A stretch of 64,000 nt of DNA from Lytechinus pictus (lineage: Eukaryota), in the NCBI RefSeq assembly GCF_037042905.1, contig NC_087251.1, forward strand, positions 19,470,001 to 19,534,000. The letters run 5' to 3'. The notes below the pieces were generated by a model. That model had not been told where the DNA came from. It searched no databases and saw only the letters and a program-made list of their open reading frames with translations. A program made the translations under genes and the position numbers. The first letter of the stretch is position 1; each line of letters begins with the position of its first letter. Below are positions 1 through 14,726 of this stretch, piece by piece.

Positions 1-347
1 GAATCAATAATCAATTTGTCATCTGAACAAAAGTGTTTGCATGAAAGGAAGCGAAATAGAATGATCATCTATTTTTTATATTGTAGGTGTGTAAGAATGG
101 AATGCTGTCATAACAACATAATTATTAGAAGAATGGCCAGCCCCTTTGACTTAAAGATTAATAAATCAGTAGATGTTCCCGAATATTGTTTTCCGATTAC
201 TCTTAACCTTTATATCTCGTATCATTTTCTTATCAAACCTACATCTGTGCAGGCATTAAGTTAAGAAACAAATTGGGAAAGAGAGAAAAAAAAAGGAAAG
301 ACGAAAAAGAGAGACAAACTTATAGAGCCTGCATGTTATTTCCAATT

Positions 348-500
348 AAGACTTAAAAGATCTAGCGCTATAAAAGTGTTTAAAAAAATAAACAGTCATG
401 TGCAAACTATATACACGTTATTTTTTTATCAAGACTTAAACGATCTAGCGCTATAATAATGTAACTCACTATGGATTAATGTTTAAAAAAAAACATGTTC
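348..500. repeat. Local direct duplication
   Basis: AAGACTTAAA(A/C)GATCTAGCGCTATAA at 348 and 431. Confidence 0.75.
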
Positions 501-2193
501 AAGATTTTTCATTTGGTAAAGGAATGACAGATCAAGAGCGATAGATGAAGGCGTCTTTTCACTCAAGAGCTTTCAAAACACAACGTAAATAGTGTGAACA
601 AACCTGCAAAGTGAAAATTTGACACCCCTAAAGTAGGTTAAGTAAATCCTTCATTCACATTACGCTTTAGAGAGCCCCGCGATATCGCCCGACAGGAGTT
701 CTTGGTTTTCATTTAGCGATATCGCTGGCGCTCTACGCACGACCTACCGAGTACTCCATGAGCGGTATATGTACTCCCTTCAGCATCTGTGCTTATTCTG
801 TACGACCACTTTAAACATTGCAGAATTACTTCAGTGGTTTGTCAACATGCATCTAACTCGTCCCTTCTTCTTAATTGTATCTCCTCTCGACACATTGGCC
901 ATTTAAACAGCTGGTTCGACAAGGTAAAAAGAAGGCAGATCGAATATCTCTTTAACAGGCGACACATCGCTATTTTGCAGTCGCTACTGTAGCTGCAGCT
1001 AGCACATCTCACAGGTAGCATTGGCAACCACGTGATACTGTCCATGTGACCAATCTCTGGAACGCCATGATGAGATCCCAGACGATTACCCCTCGATCTC
1101 TCTCTCCCTCTTTATCGTTATTCGTGCTACCCTTTCTCAGTATATTTTCAGATGTCCCATCCTTTACCCCTTATATTCTATCTCTCCTAGTCTCCATTTT
1201 CTCTCCTCTCATCTCTCTTCCCTTATCTCGTACAAAAATGTATTTGTCTTTTCTTAATGTATCTTCATTTTATCCCTAGACACAGAAAAGTTTGACTTGT
1301 TTCCGATTGACGCCTTTCTTATGAATTTTTGTTGAAAATTAATATTATTTGTGATTAAAAGACCATTAAAGTTTTGAGAAAACCCACATCTTACCTCATC
1401 TTTATCATGTTTAAGGATCGGGAAAGGGCGGGGTGGGCGTATATAGCAATCTGGATTTATAATAAATAATAGGGAGATTTCAACAGGTTATCCAAATCAT
1501 GAACGCTTTTGATCTCTTCTGTATGGATCGTGCCTAAATTATCAAATAGAAGATTAAAGCTGGATTCGAAAAAGATAACAAGCCAATCACTATTACTGCC
1601 TACTTCAGTTTGAATAACATTAAAACTCATAACGAGGGATGTTTCATCATAATAGTGCGGTAGATTTGGTAATTTTCTTTCTTTCTGTCTTTCTTTCTTT
1701 ATTCCATAACTATAAAAGTTGTGTCAATATAGGATTGCCTATTATTTGCAATAAATCATTTAAATATTGGTAGCGCACAATAGTTACATTAATTTTGGTA
1801 AAAAAAATCAGGCATTCAATAAAGCGAATTACAAGTATTTTTTTCTCATATAGTTCGTTAAATATGTGTACTTCCACATTTCCCTTTTTAGGTATATGAA
1901 TAAAAATAATGTATGGCAAAATTATTCGTTGCATGGTCAAATAAAAGATGTGCTTAAGATAACCCATGTCGCGCCACACAGCAATATCACCTCGGTATTT
2001 TGTTTGCTTGTTTTTGAAATCGATATGTCAGCAAAGCCTCGGGCAAGCTCAAGGATCGTCAAATGTGAGGACACTTCTGAACTCATATCTATCCCACAAG
2101 CTTGCATCTGTGAAGAGACTACTCGTATTACTCCCGTAAACATTGTAAAACTTAAAAGTCTTGGATCGCATGCAGCATAAAAGAGCTCTTTAC

Positions 2194-2282
2194 CTGAGCC
2201 GGGTACTCTCTAGCCCGCAGTCAACCCGGCAGAAGTCGCCATTGTATCCCATTGCTTTGCGGTGTACCCACCTCTTAAGAAC
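2194..2282 (-). other. Possible isolated exon (89 bp)
   Basis: Acceptor GTCTCTGATTTCAG, donor CAG|GTAAAG, GC-richer than flanks. Open frame VLKRWVHRKAMGYNGDFCRVDCGLESTRL. No homolog recognised. Confidence 0.3.
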
Positions 2283-4009
2283 CTGAAATCAGAGACACGG
2301 CTAAATCAAAGGTCATGTGATTATGTTGCAGGGATAAACTGATCCGAATGAATCTCATTTTTCATGTTTTTCTTTTCTTCTTCAAATCCTTTCGTGATTC
2401 ATTGACAGTTAGATTTAGTCAAAGTTTGCTTCTTAAGATAAAGAATCGGTTTAGAGATTAAGCTCTTGATCACGTGACCGTGTCATCTTTGCCCAAATCT
2501 CTCTGTAAATTCACGATTTTCATGACCATTTTATTGATGCAGTAAGCGCATGCTTGGTGACGAATGTGAAAATAATCCCACGAACAAACTCTTCTTTCTG
2601 AGCTTAATCTCTTACATCATCACTCGTTTTCTCCTCTATTAGTTTCTTGATTGAATCACCGGACTCGGTTCGGATGTTTGATGATTTTCTTTCCCACCTC
2701 TCCGATCCTTGTGTCATGACTACAAGATGATGAATATTGTCCTTGTCATATTCTTATTCAAATTTCACTCAACAATCAAATTCAAATTCAAGTTGTGAAA
2801 GTTTGTGGAAAGATGTGGGACTTGCAGGGTTTTCAATTTCCCTTCTATTTTTAAGCTATCTAATCAAATAAATTCTTTGAAGAAAGGAGATGTCAAAACA
2901 AAGAGAGAGAGAGAGAGAGGGGGGGGGGGGGGGGAGAGAAAAAAACCCAAAATTTTAGCCGGATACGCGGCGTTCCAAAACAAAATTAATATCGGGCAAA
3001 TCTTTCATTTATAAGCATGATAGACATATAAAACTTTCACAAGTTTTTATTTTCAGAGCAGAACAAAACTATACCGGAATGAAATGCAAGAAACAATAAC
3101 GACATAGGGATAAAACATTAATAACAAGAATATATAAAATATTAATTCTAAAACACAATGATAAACGACAATGATGACGGAAAACGGTCTTTCTAAGCAA
3201 ACTTCCCCTGCATGCATGCAGTTGAAAATACATTCGGATGTTATAAGAGAAAAACCACTTGGGCCTGGTGGTTGGTTGAATTCATGTTTATTTTGCCCAC
3301 AAATAAAAAAAGCACATAAACTGAAAAACGGACATCTATAAAATTTACCAGCTCTAAACTCTTATTAAAGTACAAAGTCAGGTGAGCTTGTTTCCTGATA
3401 TGAAGTTACAAACCTCAAAACGATCTGCAGTCATGTATGTTCAAACCACCTACTTTATCATAACAGATCATCATTTTCAAGTCATGAGTGCGTAAGGATG
3501 GAGAAAGTGTGGTTTTTATGATATGTTTATGAATTTGAGAAACCAATATTTTGTTGAATAAGTGTAAAAATTCGTAGTGGTGAATTTCATCGAGTTAAAA
3601 TGGCATTCTAAACACAATGACGACACAATCCACTGACTTTGACATGCGGGTGATCGGGCGATTGCATTAGAATTTGATACCTAATCAGAGGTTTAATAAA
3701 CCATTCCATCTATCAATTCAAAATTACTCGCTTAAACACATTTTAAATGGCATGCTTAGACATAATTTTGGGAATTAATATAACCCAGTGTGGTTGTTTG
3801 CCGATCATACTTATCTTCAATCTATATGACCTATCATCAATAATACTACTTTAGACCGTGACATTTAGGGAGATTCATTCACATATAATAATTATTTCAT
3901 TACGAAGTCATCTGTATGAGTTTTGACAAATCGGTTCGTTTCCTTACTTAAATCTAAAATATACTATTCAATGAATATTCATATGAATTTGTTGTGTTCA
4001 CTTAACGCG

Positions 4010-4724
4010 CACCGTGGCAAATCCCCTATTCCGGCGTCAAAAACTTGACAAAATAGACCCATTTTCGGCTCTTTTAACTCATATCTCAAAAACCGCTCGA
4101 GATTTTTCACGGGTTCAAACGGTTTCTTAATCTTAGACTTGTTCTTCATCTCATGATATCTGTCATTTTATATTCTGATTAAAAAAACAACCGTGTTTTT
4201 TTGACTGAAAATACACAGTTTCTCGTGTTTTTGTGTGAGAGAAGCACTTTTTGCACTGTTTTGGGCTCGATCTTCTCTTACAGCGTCTGACTTTCGTATC
4301 AAAATGTCTCAGTTCAACGACTATCAGATAGACAGGTTGTAACTCTTTCTTGTGATATAAGGTTCAACCTAATTGGTTGATAAAAACCGCCGTGTTTTTT
4401 AGGTCAAACTTTACAATCCAATGAACTTTTTTTGTATTTATCACGCATAATCTACGTTAATTGATTAGTCGCACTGCGCACGATTGTCTATTTTAGTATG
4501 CCTATCAACTCTTTATACTCTTTCCTCTCCTATCAAAAATTGAAAGGGGGTACAATATCCTCGTCCTAGATATAAGAAGAAGAAGAAAACATTTCCTTTT
4601 CATTACATGTAAAATCATGCCTATTCTTGAAAAAAAAAATTCGTCACTTCTAGGTTAAACTTTACAATGCAATTAACTTTTTTGTTCTTATCATGCACAA
4701 TATCCATTAATTGGTCGCACTGTG
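4010..4724. mobile_element. Degenerate CAC...GTG-ended DNA transposon remnant (Transib/Chapaev-like) with duplicated right end
   Basis: Starts CACCGTGG. A ~90-bp segment ending GTCGCACTG(C/T)G occurs twice (~4400-4478 and ~4652-4724). No TSD found. Confidence 0.35.
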
Positions 4725-7624
4725 CTCGATTGGATTTTGGTATTATCGTATACGATGTTCAACCTGGCAGCAGCGCGTTTTGCGTTTGATTTGGAAATCC
4801 TCGTTCCCAGACAGGGATATGTAACATGTAAGCTTTTCATACATATAAAATTCATATTGATTGATTAATATTTAGCTCCGTCAATTTTCACGTTAAATCA
4901 TGCTTGTCTCATTTTAAGAAGCCAAATCCAGGGATGAATAATGTGTGCATACCGGTGCATATACGTATACGTGCAGCGCATGAACGGTGTATACACCACA
5001 CCAATACGCCGAATACCTTTCTATATGCAATAATCACGTACACACACAACGCGTCGCTAAGACAACTGAACCTGAACTCGGGAGTACATCGAGGGAAGGA
5101 GTACAGAATCAGAGAAAATTATTCTCACTTTTTGGTCAGAAGAAAACATTTCCTTATATGTCTATATCTTAACATAAACAGAAGCTGATCCGTTATCCTT
5201 ATGTCGTACCACAGTCAATATCATAAACAAATTACAGTGATTCTATTTTGTCACAATTTATAAACTTAATTAGGGCAATTTATGCACCCCCAAGAAGTAG
5301 TGTTTACGGCCCGGCCTATCTCTACCACACAGACCACACAGACTTCGCACAGTTCGGTCAAGGCGGTACGCGTATCAGTAACTGCCAAATACAGCCGACC
5401 CAAGCTGAATAAAACCTTCATATTAGGTGAACAAAATAGGGGGTAACAAATTCATATGTGAATACAAAAGACAGTCCATGATATTTTTTTGCAGCAGTTT
5501 CTTATTTTTAATCGCAAGTTTGCTTGTTGATGCACCATTACAGATTTTTTCTTTATACTACCACTTGATCCCATTACGATCGCACCATGGATCTATGATC
5601 GCACTTTCTATTTTGATCATGTCAATAAGATGCTGCAAACATTTCAGAGCAATACAGATTTTTTGAAAATCATTAGCTTTTATTGTTGGTTTTCGTTGTG
5701 GAATTTGTTTTTAAGTACTTTTTACTTTCTTGAAATGATGTTTACATTACAAACAAAGTACTATGAATATGTCAAAACTAGTGAAATAAATCGGTGTGTT
5801 ATGAAAAAAAAATGTTTTCAGTAGCTTTGAATAATAACAAATATTGAAATATAATTGAATCCAAAGAAATTAAAGCAAAAATGGTATTGGAATAGTAATT
5901 TTAGGCCTTTTCCATTTAACTAAAAACAGAATTCAGTTTCAGATCTATAGTGCAGATTAATAGTAATGTTCAGATCCATATCGTAAGTCATAACATACAA
6001 CATACTCAGATAGATAGATTTTCAGAACTGTAAAATTGTATAAAAATAATAAGATATAAAAAGAATAACACCAAAGTAATTGTATTGGTAAAAACACATA
6101 CACATATTATACATATACAGGTAATTTTTACGACTGTACTTTACTTTCATTCATCTATTAAATGTTTCATTATCTAATTTATGTTGCTTACTTAGTATTT
6201 GATATTTTTACTTGATTCCACTCCTTATGGATTATTTTCAAAAAAGAAAATGCATTCGAATAATTTGATCATGAAATAGGCTGATATTGAATACTGCATA
6301 AACTGACCGTTACTATGAATAGTGACCCCTCCCCTCTTTCGCTCGTTTCTCACCTATTATTACCCACAATCTCTCCTCTCTTTGATAATACGCGCATCCA
6401 CCTCTCTCTACAGCATGCACACTATTGTGAAAGAAGTGATTCTAATCTCACATAGAATCTTTTATTATGTGTTCCTTCGATTTTATTTTTACTTCCATTC
6501 GCATTTCTCTTTCTCCCCTGCTCGTACCCCCTCATACTCGCTTGTACCTCCATCCATCACCCCCTCTCTCCAATGTTGTCCAATCAGCTCTCGTCTCCCT
6601 TTTCCTTTTTATATGCCCTGACACATTACTCTTTCCATTTTCACTGTATAGGAGCTGTGATTCAAATCTCGCCTAATCTCATTCGCCACCATCCACTAAT
6701 CCCGACCTTCGACACGTACGCAGATTTTGCCGACAGCTACAGAAACTAGAGAGATAATGTAACATTTGAGAGCCTTTCTCCCGTTTATTTCTCGCCTAAA
6801 TGAGTCAAAATCGACTCAATGAGACAATTTTGGCAACCTTGATTGAAGCGTCGTTCCCGCGTTATGCGTACGTAACTTTGTTGTTTCAGATCCCGTATTA
6901 CCCTAACTGTGAAAAGGTATTATGATGTTAAAGGATCAAGGTTATACGTTAAATTAGCGGTTTATTACACACCGCAGAGGACATTAGCTTTGTTTCGAGT
7001 TAAATTACATAGTTTTTCAATTCAAAATCATTTCATTTTCGTTTACAGATTATTTGCAGCCTTTTAACAATTTAATCCCATAGCATTTTTCAATTCAAGT
7101 AGATTTAAATGTTAACGTCCTTTCGTCAAAGTTTATTAATTTTGTTAAGACAATGTACACTGAGAACATATCCTATTGTAAACAGGCGACGAACTTGAAG
7201 AGCAAACTACCCCATACAAGTCGAGCTAGTTGGAATACTCATCTAATATTCAATATCGTATGATACAATATGTTATCAGATCACCCGGTAGTCTACATAG
7301 AAATAAAAATGCTATTGTCCAGAAACACTTATCGATTATTACCAAGTTTTCTACAGTTGTACATGAGTAAATAAGACGGAGTTGACAATTCTTCATAGAT
7401 TTGTGCAAAAACCACAAAGCTTTTGCCACATTCAGGCATGGTTCTATATAGACGTTGGAATATGCCTACTTTACCTTTAAGCCGTAACAGCTCTGTCAAT
7501 GTCACGTTCTATTAACATAAAACTAGCCCACCGTGCGTCCATTCTCCTCTGAACTTGGTTCGATTTAATGTCGTCTGCTACGCCTTGGGGACATAGCACT
7601 CATCCACTCATTCACTGAAACCTG

Positions 7625-7960
7625 AAAAGAGAAAGTGAGTAAGAGAGAGAGAAATAGAGCTTGAGAGAGGCGGAGGGAATGGTAAAAGAGAGTAATAGAG
7701 AGAAACAGAGAAAGTGGATAAAGACAAAGAAAAATGTAAATTGAAACATAGAAAAATGGAGATGCGATATGACACGAGGAGGAAAGAAAATGGACAAAGT
7801 AGAGGAAAAAGTAAAAAGGTGTGATTCAAACAAGCAAAGAAAATTGACTTGAGAAAATAAATGAAAAAAATGATAGAATTCAGAGAGAAAGATAGGGAGG
7901 GAGACAGAGAAAGAGAAAAAGAGAAGGGAAAAACGGAGATAGACCTACAGAGAAACAAGG
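7625..7960. repeat. GA-rich polypurine tract; similar tracts at ~19676-19760, 31915-32090, 54360-54500 and 58660-58830
   Basis: Base composition seen directly. Confidence 0.85.
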
Positions 7961-9374
7961 GGATGGGGGACTATTTTAAGAATGGCCTGGGATTTTATTT
8001 CGCAGGACATCGTCGCTGCTCGGTCGTTCGCCGTCTTCTGTCAACAAAGCGTTCCGATTTTGTCACAACACTCGATTCATCGTCTGCATTGCACATTTTT
8101 CCCTTCTTCACTATGTTTATATCGCGCCAAAATGCACAGTCTCAAAATCAGACTCTTATGCTGAAAAATATAATTTATTGCAATATTTGAATGCAGTCTA
8201 CTTCTTTTCATCTATTTCGTATACCTTTTTTATTCTTCGTTTGCTCATTACAAAAAACAAAATGTTATTCTCGTGAAGTCCAGCAGTAGGCTATCCGATA
8301 AAAAGGGTCAATTTTCTAACCCACTCTTTTTCTCCATACATGCAAATACAATAATAGTAGATTTTTTAAATATCTCATTAACGTGATTTTTTAATGATTA
8401 TTTAGCAATGAAATAATTTAGCAATAGAATAATTTCCTTTTCTTCATATAATCCAGTTAATGCGCTGTCAGGTTGTCGATTCTTATTGAATTCCGTATAA
8501 TCACTAAAAATGAACTTGGTTAATGTGGAGATCTCTTATTATACAATTCCGCTTTCCCATCTCCAAATACACTAACCAATAGATTGAAACTTATTAATAT
8601 TCTTGTAAGGCCATATACGATACCAAATACAAGCTAAAACAAAGGTATTTCACATTCAAAATGACTTCATATCTACGTCTGATAATGAACATCAACACCG
8701 TGAAAGAAGATTTGTCATTCTTATAAAGTTACTTTATTACATTACAATATGGCTAATGTTACAAACGCAGGTAAGTCTATCTCGTTAAAAAATATGGTGA
8801 ACAACGTTTTTTCCCCCTACGATTTCCCTTGGTAACCCATGATTTCTGGAACCTACACATGTAGCATGCATGACAATATAATGTATATTTTCATACGGAG
8901 ATGTTTGGATTTACACATAATTCATATTGAATTTTAATCACTATTTTTTAAATCATACTTTAAGCATTTTGTAGGTTTCAATAAATTATTATGACGACAA
9001 GCATTAAAAAGCAGTCTGGTGGATAGCCTAGCTTGTTTTTTTAGCCATTGACGAAGAGAGCGTTACTGACCGTTCTATATGCGGAGGAGACATTCATGAA
9101 AGCGACGATGTCCGCAGGACTATATTTTTTGTGAATGCTTCGCCTGATTTAAAGGGCAAATCGGGCATTAGGACTGAGGCTTAATTGTTTGGAGAAGGTT
9201 AATATGTCAGTAATAACGTCATAACTTCTCGCCTTCTAACCGACACGTGGTTGAATGCCTTCTTCAAGGTTAAGGAAGAAATGATTGCAAGATGTATGAA
9301 TACATCAGATTAAATTGATGTTTATATATGATTTTCTTGAAGGTTAAGGCGATCAATATTGGAGAATAATTGTG

Positions 9375-9500
9375 TATACTGCTTCATATACATATATATG
9401 TCTTTGTCCCCATGAGTATACTACTTTATATACATATATATTTCCTTGTCCCCATGAGTATACTGCTTTATATACATTTATATTTCTTTGTCCCCATGAA
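9375..9500. repeat. Minisatellite, 42-bp unit, three copies
   Basis: Three copies of ~TATACTGCTTTATATACATATATATTTCTTTGTCCCCATGAG. Confidence 0.9.
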
Positions 9501-12500
9501 TAATGTGCAAAATAGGCCTCTTTGCTTTGCACATCATTTCTTGAAACACAAGTATGATTAAAAAACCAAACGAAGGGCTTTATACCTTGATTGAATATAG
9601 CATCAAAAGAAGCTTTGATACTCCCCCCCCCCCGATAAATCATGAATTAAATTTGGGACAATTTCATAAAAGCTTTTCTTTCTACCAGAAATGAAAAAAA
9701 TAAAGATTTAGCGAGTGAGGGGGTGGGGGTCAGTTTCGATCATTTAACATTGTTATGATCAGACAATACGATAAGAATTGAATCTTCCAAAACCGAGTTA
9801 TTTGACTGGCTGATGGGAATGGTTGAAGAGTATGTTATGTTTCTGTGATGATAGAGTGAAACAAAATACGTTTACATCTACTGAAGATGATTCAAAGTTT
9901 AAGTCATATTGAATTGATCTCAGTAAGCTATAATTTACAGATTAGTCTTGGAAAGCAATCTGGGATGCAATGATTACATCAAACCTCATAGATCTACACT
10001 CTTAATTTCAAGGATTTAAAATACCCAAACCATTATTAGCTGTGGTTAGTAACAGGTCGAACTCTTCGATATAGAAGATGGAATTTCAATCATTTGCGAA
10101 TTTGGGGTTTTAATATAGATCCATATAGTTTGGCCGGTCACCGACCACATCCAATTAAGATTTAGTTTTAATTTAACTTGGTATAACTCATAATTTTTGT
10201 TGTGAATTAATATGATTGAAAAACCAAGCTACATGTACTGATATCACAGCCTCTCATTGTGATAGCAAGATAGATTATGGTGGCGGGTTAATCAGGTTTT
10301 TATCATTAACTTCTAAAAGTTAAATTTCATATGAAGATGGCATAAAATTGTGAGTTATATCTTTATCGGTCTAATCTCGGAAAAGTTATACAAAAACACT
10401 ACAACACTGCCAGGAATGCATTTATGGGCTACAATCCATGAACCAGTATACCCTGAAAATACGTGACGAAATAACTATTTTTCCATATTTCAGATAGTCC
10501 GCTTGTGTTTCATCTACAGAAATATTATCTTTTACGGATGGCTAAGTGTTCAACCCCATTAATTGATTTTTATCAATTGCGGTGTGGTTCCTACATCTGC
10601 TCATACACAAAAAACTGAGACAAGAGATATGGGTTGTCGACCAAATTGTCTCAGAAAGGGAAACTTTTATTGTTTTAGCTATTAAGATGAAAAAAAGAGG
10701 TAATTTAATACCCCTGTTGACGATTCCAATGTAGATGCTACCATTAATTTGTGTCGCTCATTGCACGCACCCGTCATTGCGTCCCCTGTTCGTGTAACCC
10801 AAACTAACCCGGATGTCAAACAGTCAGTCGTGCACGGACCTACCAGCCTCTTACACTCTACAACTGTCACGATTCGGAACAAACAAAAAGTTATTGAAAA
10901 ACCATTATACTTAAAATAAAACGCTATTTACGTATTTCAGAGTAAAGCTCATGCAAAACTTGATTAAAGGAATAAAGGAAACATAAGGAATCTCGGATAA
11001 AAAAGTTCTGTAAATTCTATGAGCATGAACAAAAAATGATAAGGAGTGAAAGGCGTTAAAAAGGGGCGGGGCAGATGGAGAATGAGTGAGTATTTAGATG
11101 GGGTGACAGGGTGGTGTAGAGGTTTAAACGAGATAGCGGAAATGAAAGAGGTTAGGCGAAGACAGAGAAAAGGATGGCTAAACGGGTCATGTCACAATAT
11201 GAAGACGATATTCTTGGTGCGAAACGAGCGAGACTCCATTTCATTATCATGATATTGTTTGTGATCATTATTATCCATTACTTTAACTCCATCCAAGCCT
11301 CAATTACACTACAAGAATGGCCCTAACCTACTTTAATTTTTTTGGATTTGGTGTCAGATATTTTAGCAGAGATTTGATTGCAGGTGTGATTTGGGTGTGA
11401 TGAGTAAGAGAAAAAAATACAAATCCTACTAGTCATGTGGATTAAAATGTAATGGAGGTAATATAATTATCTCTAGTATATCGATAGTTGCAGTATACTA
11501 TCATGTTGATATGATAACAATGGATGCAAATGGTATGTTGATGCTTATGATTGCAAGTCTGATTGACACACAGACATGAAACGAAATCTAAATAAAACAT
11601 GTTGCACTATTAGCGTTGAATGACAATGTATAACCGAATGCAGTACATGCAGTAATGTAGTACATCCTCTGTTATTTGTAGTAATTGAAGACGTAATTAC
11701 CATATGTTACTATTTTTATCATAAGTTACCTTCATCGGCTGTTCACCATGAAACGGGTTCGAGACTATCAAAGAGATTGCATAATAACATGAATAATGGT
11801 GGTGATTTTGGAACGGGATGTTTGGCATGGGGGAGGCAAAAAAGAACCACTTAGAGTGACTGAAAATACCAATTCTTATTTTTAATGTATCGGCTATAAA
11901 AAGTGTCTGTATTGCAAAGGCATGCATTAGTCATATTAATATTAAAGATTTCTTCGTGACCTCACATCAGGAAGGTTGGAAGGTTATTATATAACCGATT
12001 TCCAACTATCGGTCACGGCTTGCTTGTGATCGATATCCCACGTAGTCTTTCTAGTAAAAATCACTGCAGCATCGTTCGTGTTTCGTAAGAAAAAAAATCG
12101 ATAACTGCATGGTTTTCTGACATTCTCTCTTAACTTCACGATAATCGTGATCTTTTCAAAAGAGATTACGAGATAAACGGTCGTAAACTATGGCCTTCTC
12201 TTCCAAGTCATCGCGCATTTGCACCCATCGATTGAATTAAATATAAAATATAAGCGATGCCACTAGCTCTCCTTTGTAAAATACCGTCCCTTTTTGTGAA
12301 TATCACGTTTTATCATTTATTTATGGTGGTTTGAATATCGAGAGATGAGTGATTTCATTCTCACAACATCCGATAGTAACAAATCGGTCACCATAAACCA
12401 GCTAGCTTCATGTATATCATGATTATTACTATACAGGTTACTGCTCTCATGGAATATTAATAAGATCGTAAAGTTCACCTTCAGAAATTAGGGGTCAGAT

Positions 12501-13484
12501 TGCCCCCAATTCGTCAGAATATTCATTCATCTGAAGCAGGCTCAGGTCTTGGGTGGCTCCGGGATTATGTTTTCTTTCTGTGTTTGTTATGCAAGAAGCG
12601 CCACCCCTACTTTGCCTGTCAACAAATTCGAGAGAAATCGACCCGTTTTCTTTGCCCTCCCCCTTTTTCTGACGTCATTGATCTTCCCCTTTCCCTAGAT
12701 GCAGAAAATGGAAATAGAGAGTGGTTGGAATGAGCAGGAATTCAGGGAAATAAAATATAAAGATCACTAAGGAATGTCACTTTTTCCTTGATCATGGTTA
12801 GTATATACTTCGTCACAATCGGTAGGCCTACATAATGATTCACACGTTCACAAATAACAATAGTACACAATCCTTTCTAAAACAATACCAAGAAGGTTGC
12901 ACGAACTGAATTTGTCTACTCATAAATATCCAGCACGAATAAATCACTTTTTGTAAAAGTTAAGTTGGGAAATGATAGTGTGATCCGTATACAGGAGAAA
13001 GAGGAGAGGATCGAGAGGACAAAGTAGAAAAGGAAAAATGGCCAGAAGGTGGAAAAGAAAAGAAAGGAATAAGAACAGGGAATACAAGAAGTGATATGAT
13101 AAAGATGTTGTTCGAATGAATGAAAGGAGATGTGGAATTGATAATACTGCAATATGATTTAGACGATGATGATGAAGAATTTAGAAGATGATAGAGCTAG
13201 CTCAAAGAAAATACAGAAGACGTTTAGAAGAGAGAAACCCTTGACAATCAGCCCGCATAGTCCTCTATGTCAACATTGTTGAGTACCACTGGACCGACCC
13301 CTCGGAAGACCTAGGACATGGTGGATTCACATCAAGATGTTGTCCTTGTTTAAGAAGAGTTCATTTCAATCTATTTAGAACAGTTGTAATGGTTTTGTTC
13401 AGGTAAATTTTGAATAAAGTACAACCTGCAGATTTATAAAAGACGCTTCAAATCAAGAAGACTAGTACAGGAAAGCGGGGAAGA

Positions 13485-13730
13485 TCACATGGTGGCTAAG
13501 TGGTAGAGCGTCCGCCTTTTGAACGGGAGGTCGTGGGTTCGATCCCATGCAGCATGAATCCACACCAAAGACTTACAAATGGCACCATCGGCCTTCTTAC
13601 CAGGTGCTCAATGTTTTAGAATGAAGAAAGATAATGCTAAATTTATGTTACCCAGGACCCGCTGGGAGAATAGTTCACAAGATTTGAAGTGGCTACCCTG
13701 GGTAAATAAAATTTATTTTTATTTTATCTT
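13485..13730 (+). mobile_element. Full-length tRNA-derived SINE
   Basis: A box TGGCTAAGTGG (13493), B box GGTTCGATCCC (13536), central ACCAAAGACTTACAAATGGCACC domain, 3' ACCCAGG...CCTGGGT stem and AT-rich tail. Confidence 0.8.
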
Positions 13731-14528
13731 TATGGTGACTTTTCTTTTTGACGACTCAGAAAACAAACGCTTAAAGGTTAAGACAAACGTTATGTAAAAA
13801 AAAAGAGGTAAACAACTTTCAAGCAGTATAGTTGTCTATGCTATCATTTTTATCTATCCTTTACCGTATATTGCATCATTATTCTGATTTTCTTGTTTGC
13901 CATGTTTGTACAATTAAAAACGAATGGAAAAACTAACACGTATGACGCATTTCATACAATGAACACATAAAAATGAGTTTGGATATAAAAGCATGCATAA
14001 AAGATGCATAGGTTGATAATATTCATAAATAGACCTCTTCTAGACCTACGTAAAAAAAGATGAGCTAATCAGCAATTAATCCCTTGATCTGCCCTTGTAT
14101 TCTGTGTAATTTTTTTAATTCTGATTGGCAATATATAGCATATAAATGTGTTATTGAGAAGAACAAACCTGTCGTCCTAATCATAACCCCATGGTCATAG
14201 CGCATACATGATGTGTATTCGTGGTATTGGGGTTATGAAAGATTCATTGCCTGGCTCGCTAATGAATTAATGACGTTAAGAAATGACAACCATGACATGA
14301 TGACCAAAACGTATACACATATCTCAATCGTGTACAGTCACCACTTCATGAATTATGAAATGAATATCTGAAGAAAGTGGAATAGAATGGAGAGAATGGG
14401 AGGGGGGGGGGCGGTGAGAAAGGGGTGTGGATGATACGATGGGGCGAGGGAGGGAAGGGTGGATAGAGAGTGGGGCGGAGAGAGGGAAGGAGCGAAATGG
14501 TCAAGGGGGAGGTGACGAGGAAAGGGAC

Positions 14529-14726
<198 letters not shown>

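Noticed and set aside
7608..8190. Hydrophobic or charged ORFs over GA/CT tracts (also ~36234-36611, 54525-54945, 58641-58929)
   Set aside because: Translations of low-complexity sequence
9375..9500. CRISPR-like repeat array (also considered for 42060-42190 and 51580-52130)
   Set aside because: Units are head-to-tail or irregularly spaced without unique constant-length spacers, there are no cas genes, and the context is eukaryotic
13485..13550. Possible tRNA gene
   Set aside because: A and B boxes are present, but the acceptor stem does not close and the sequence runs into a SINE body and tail
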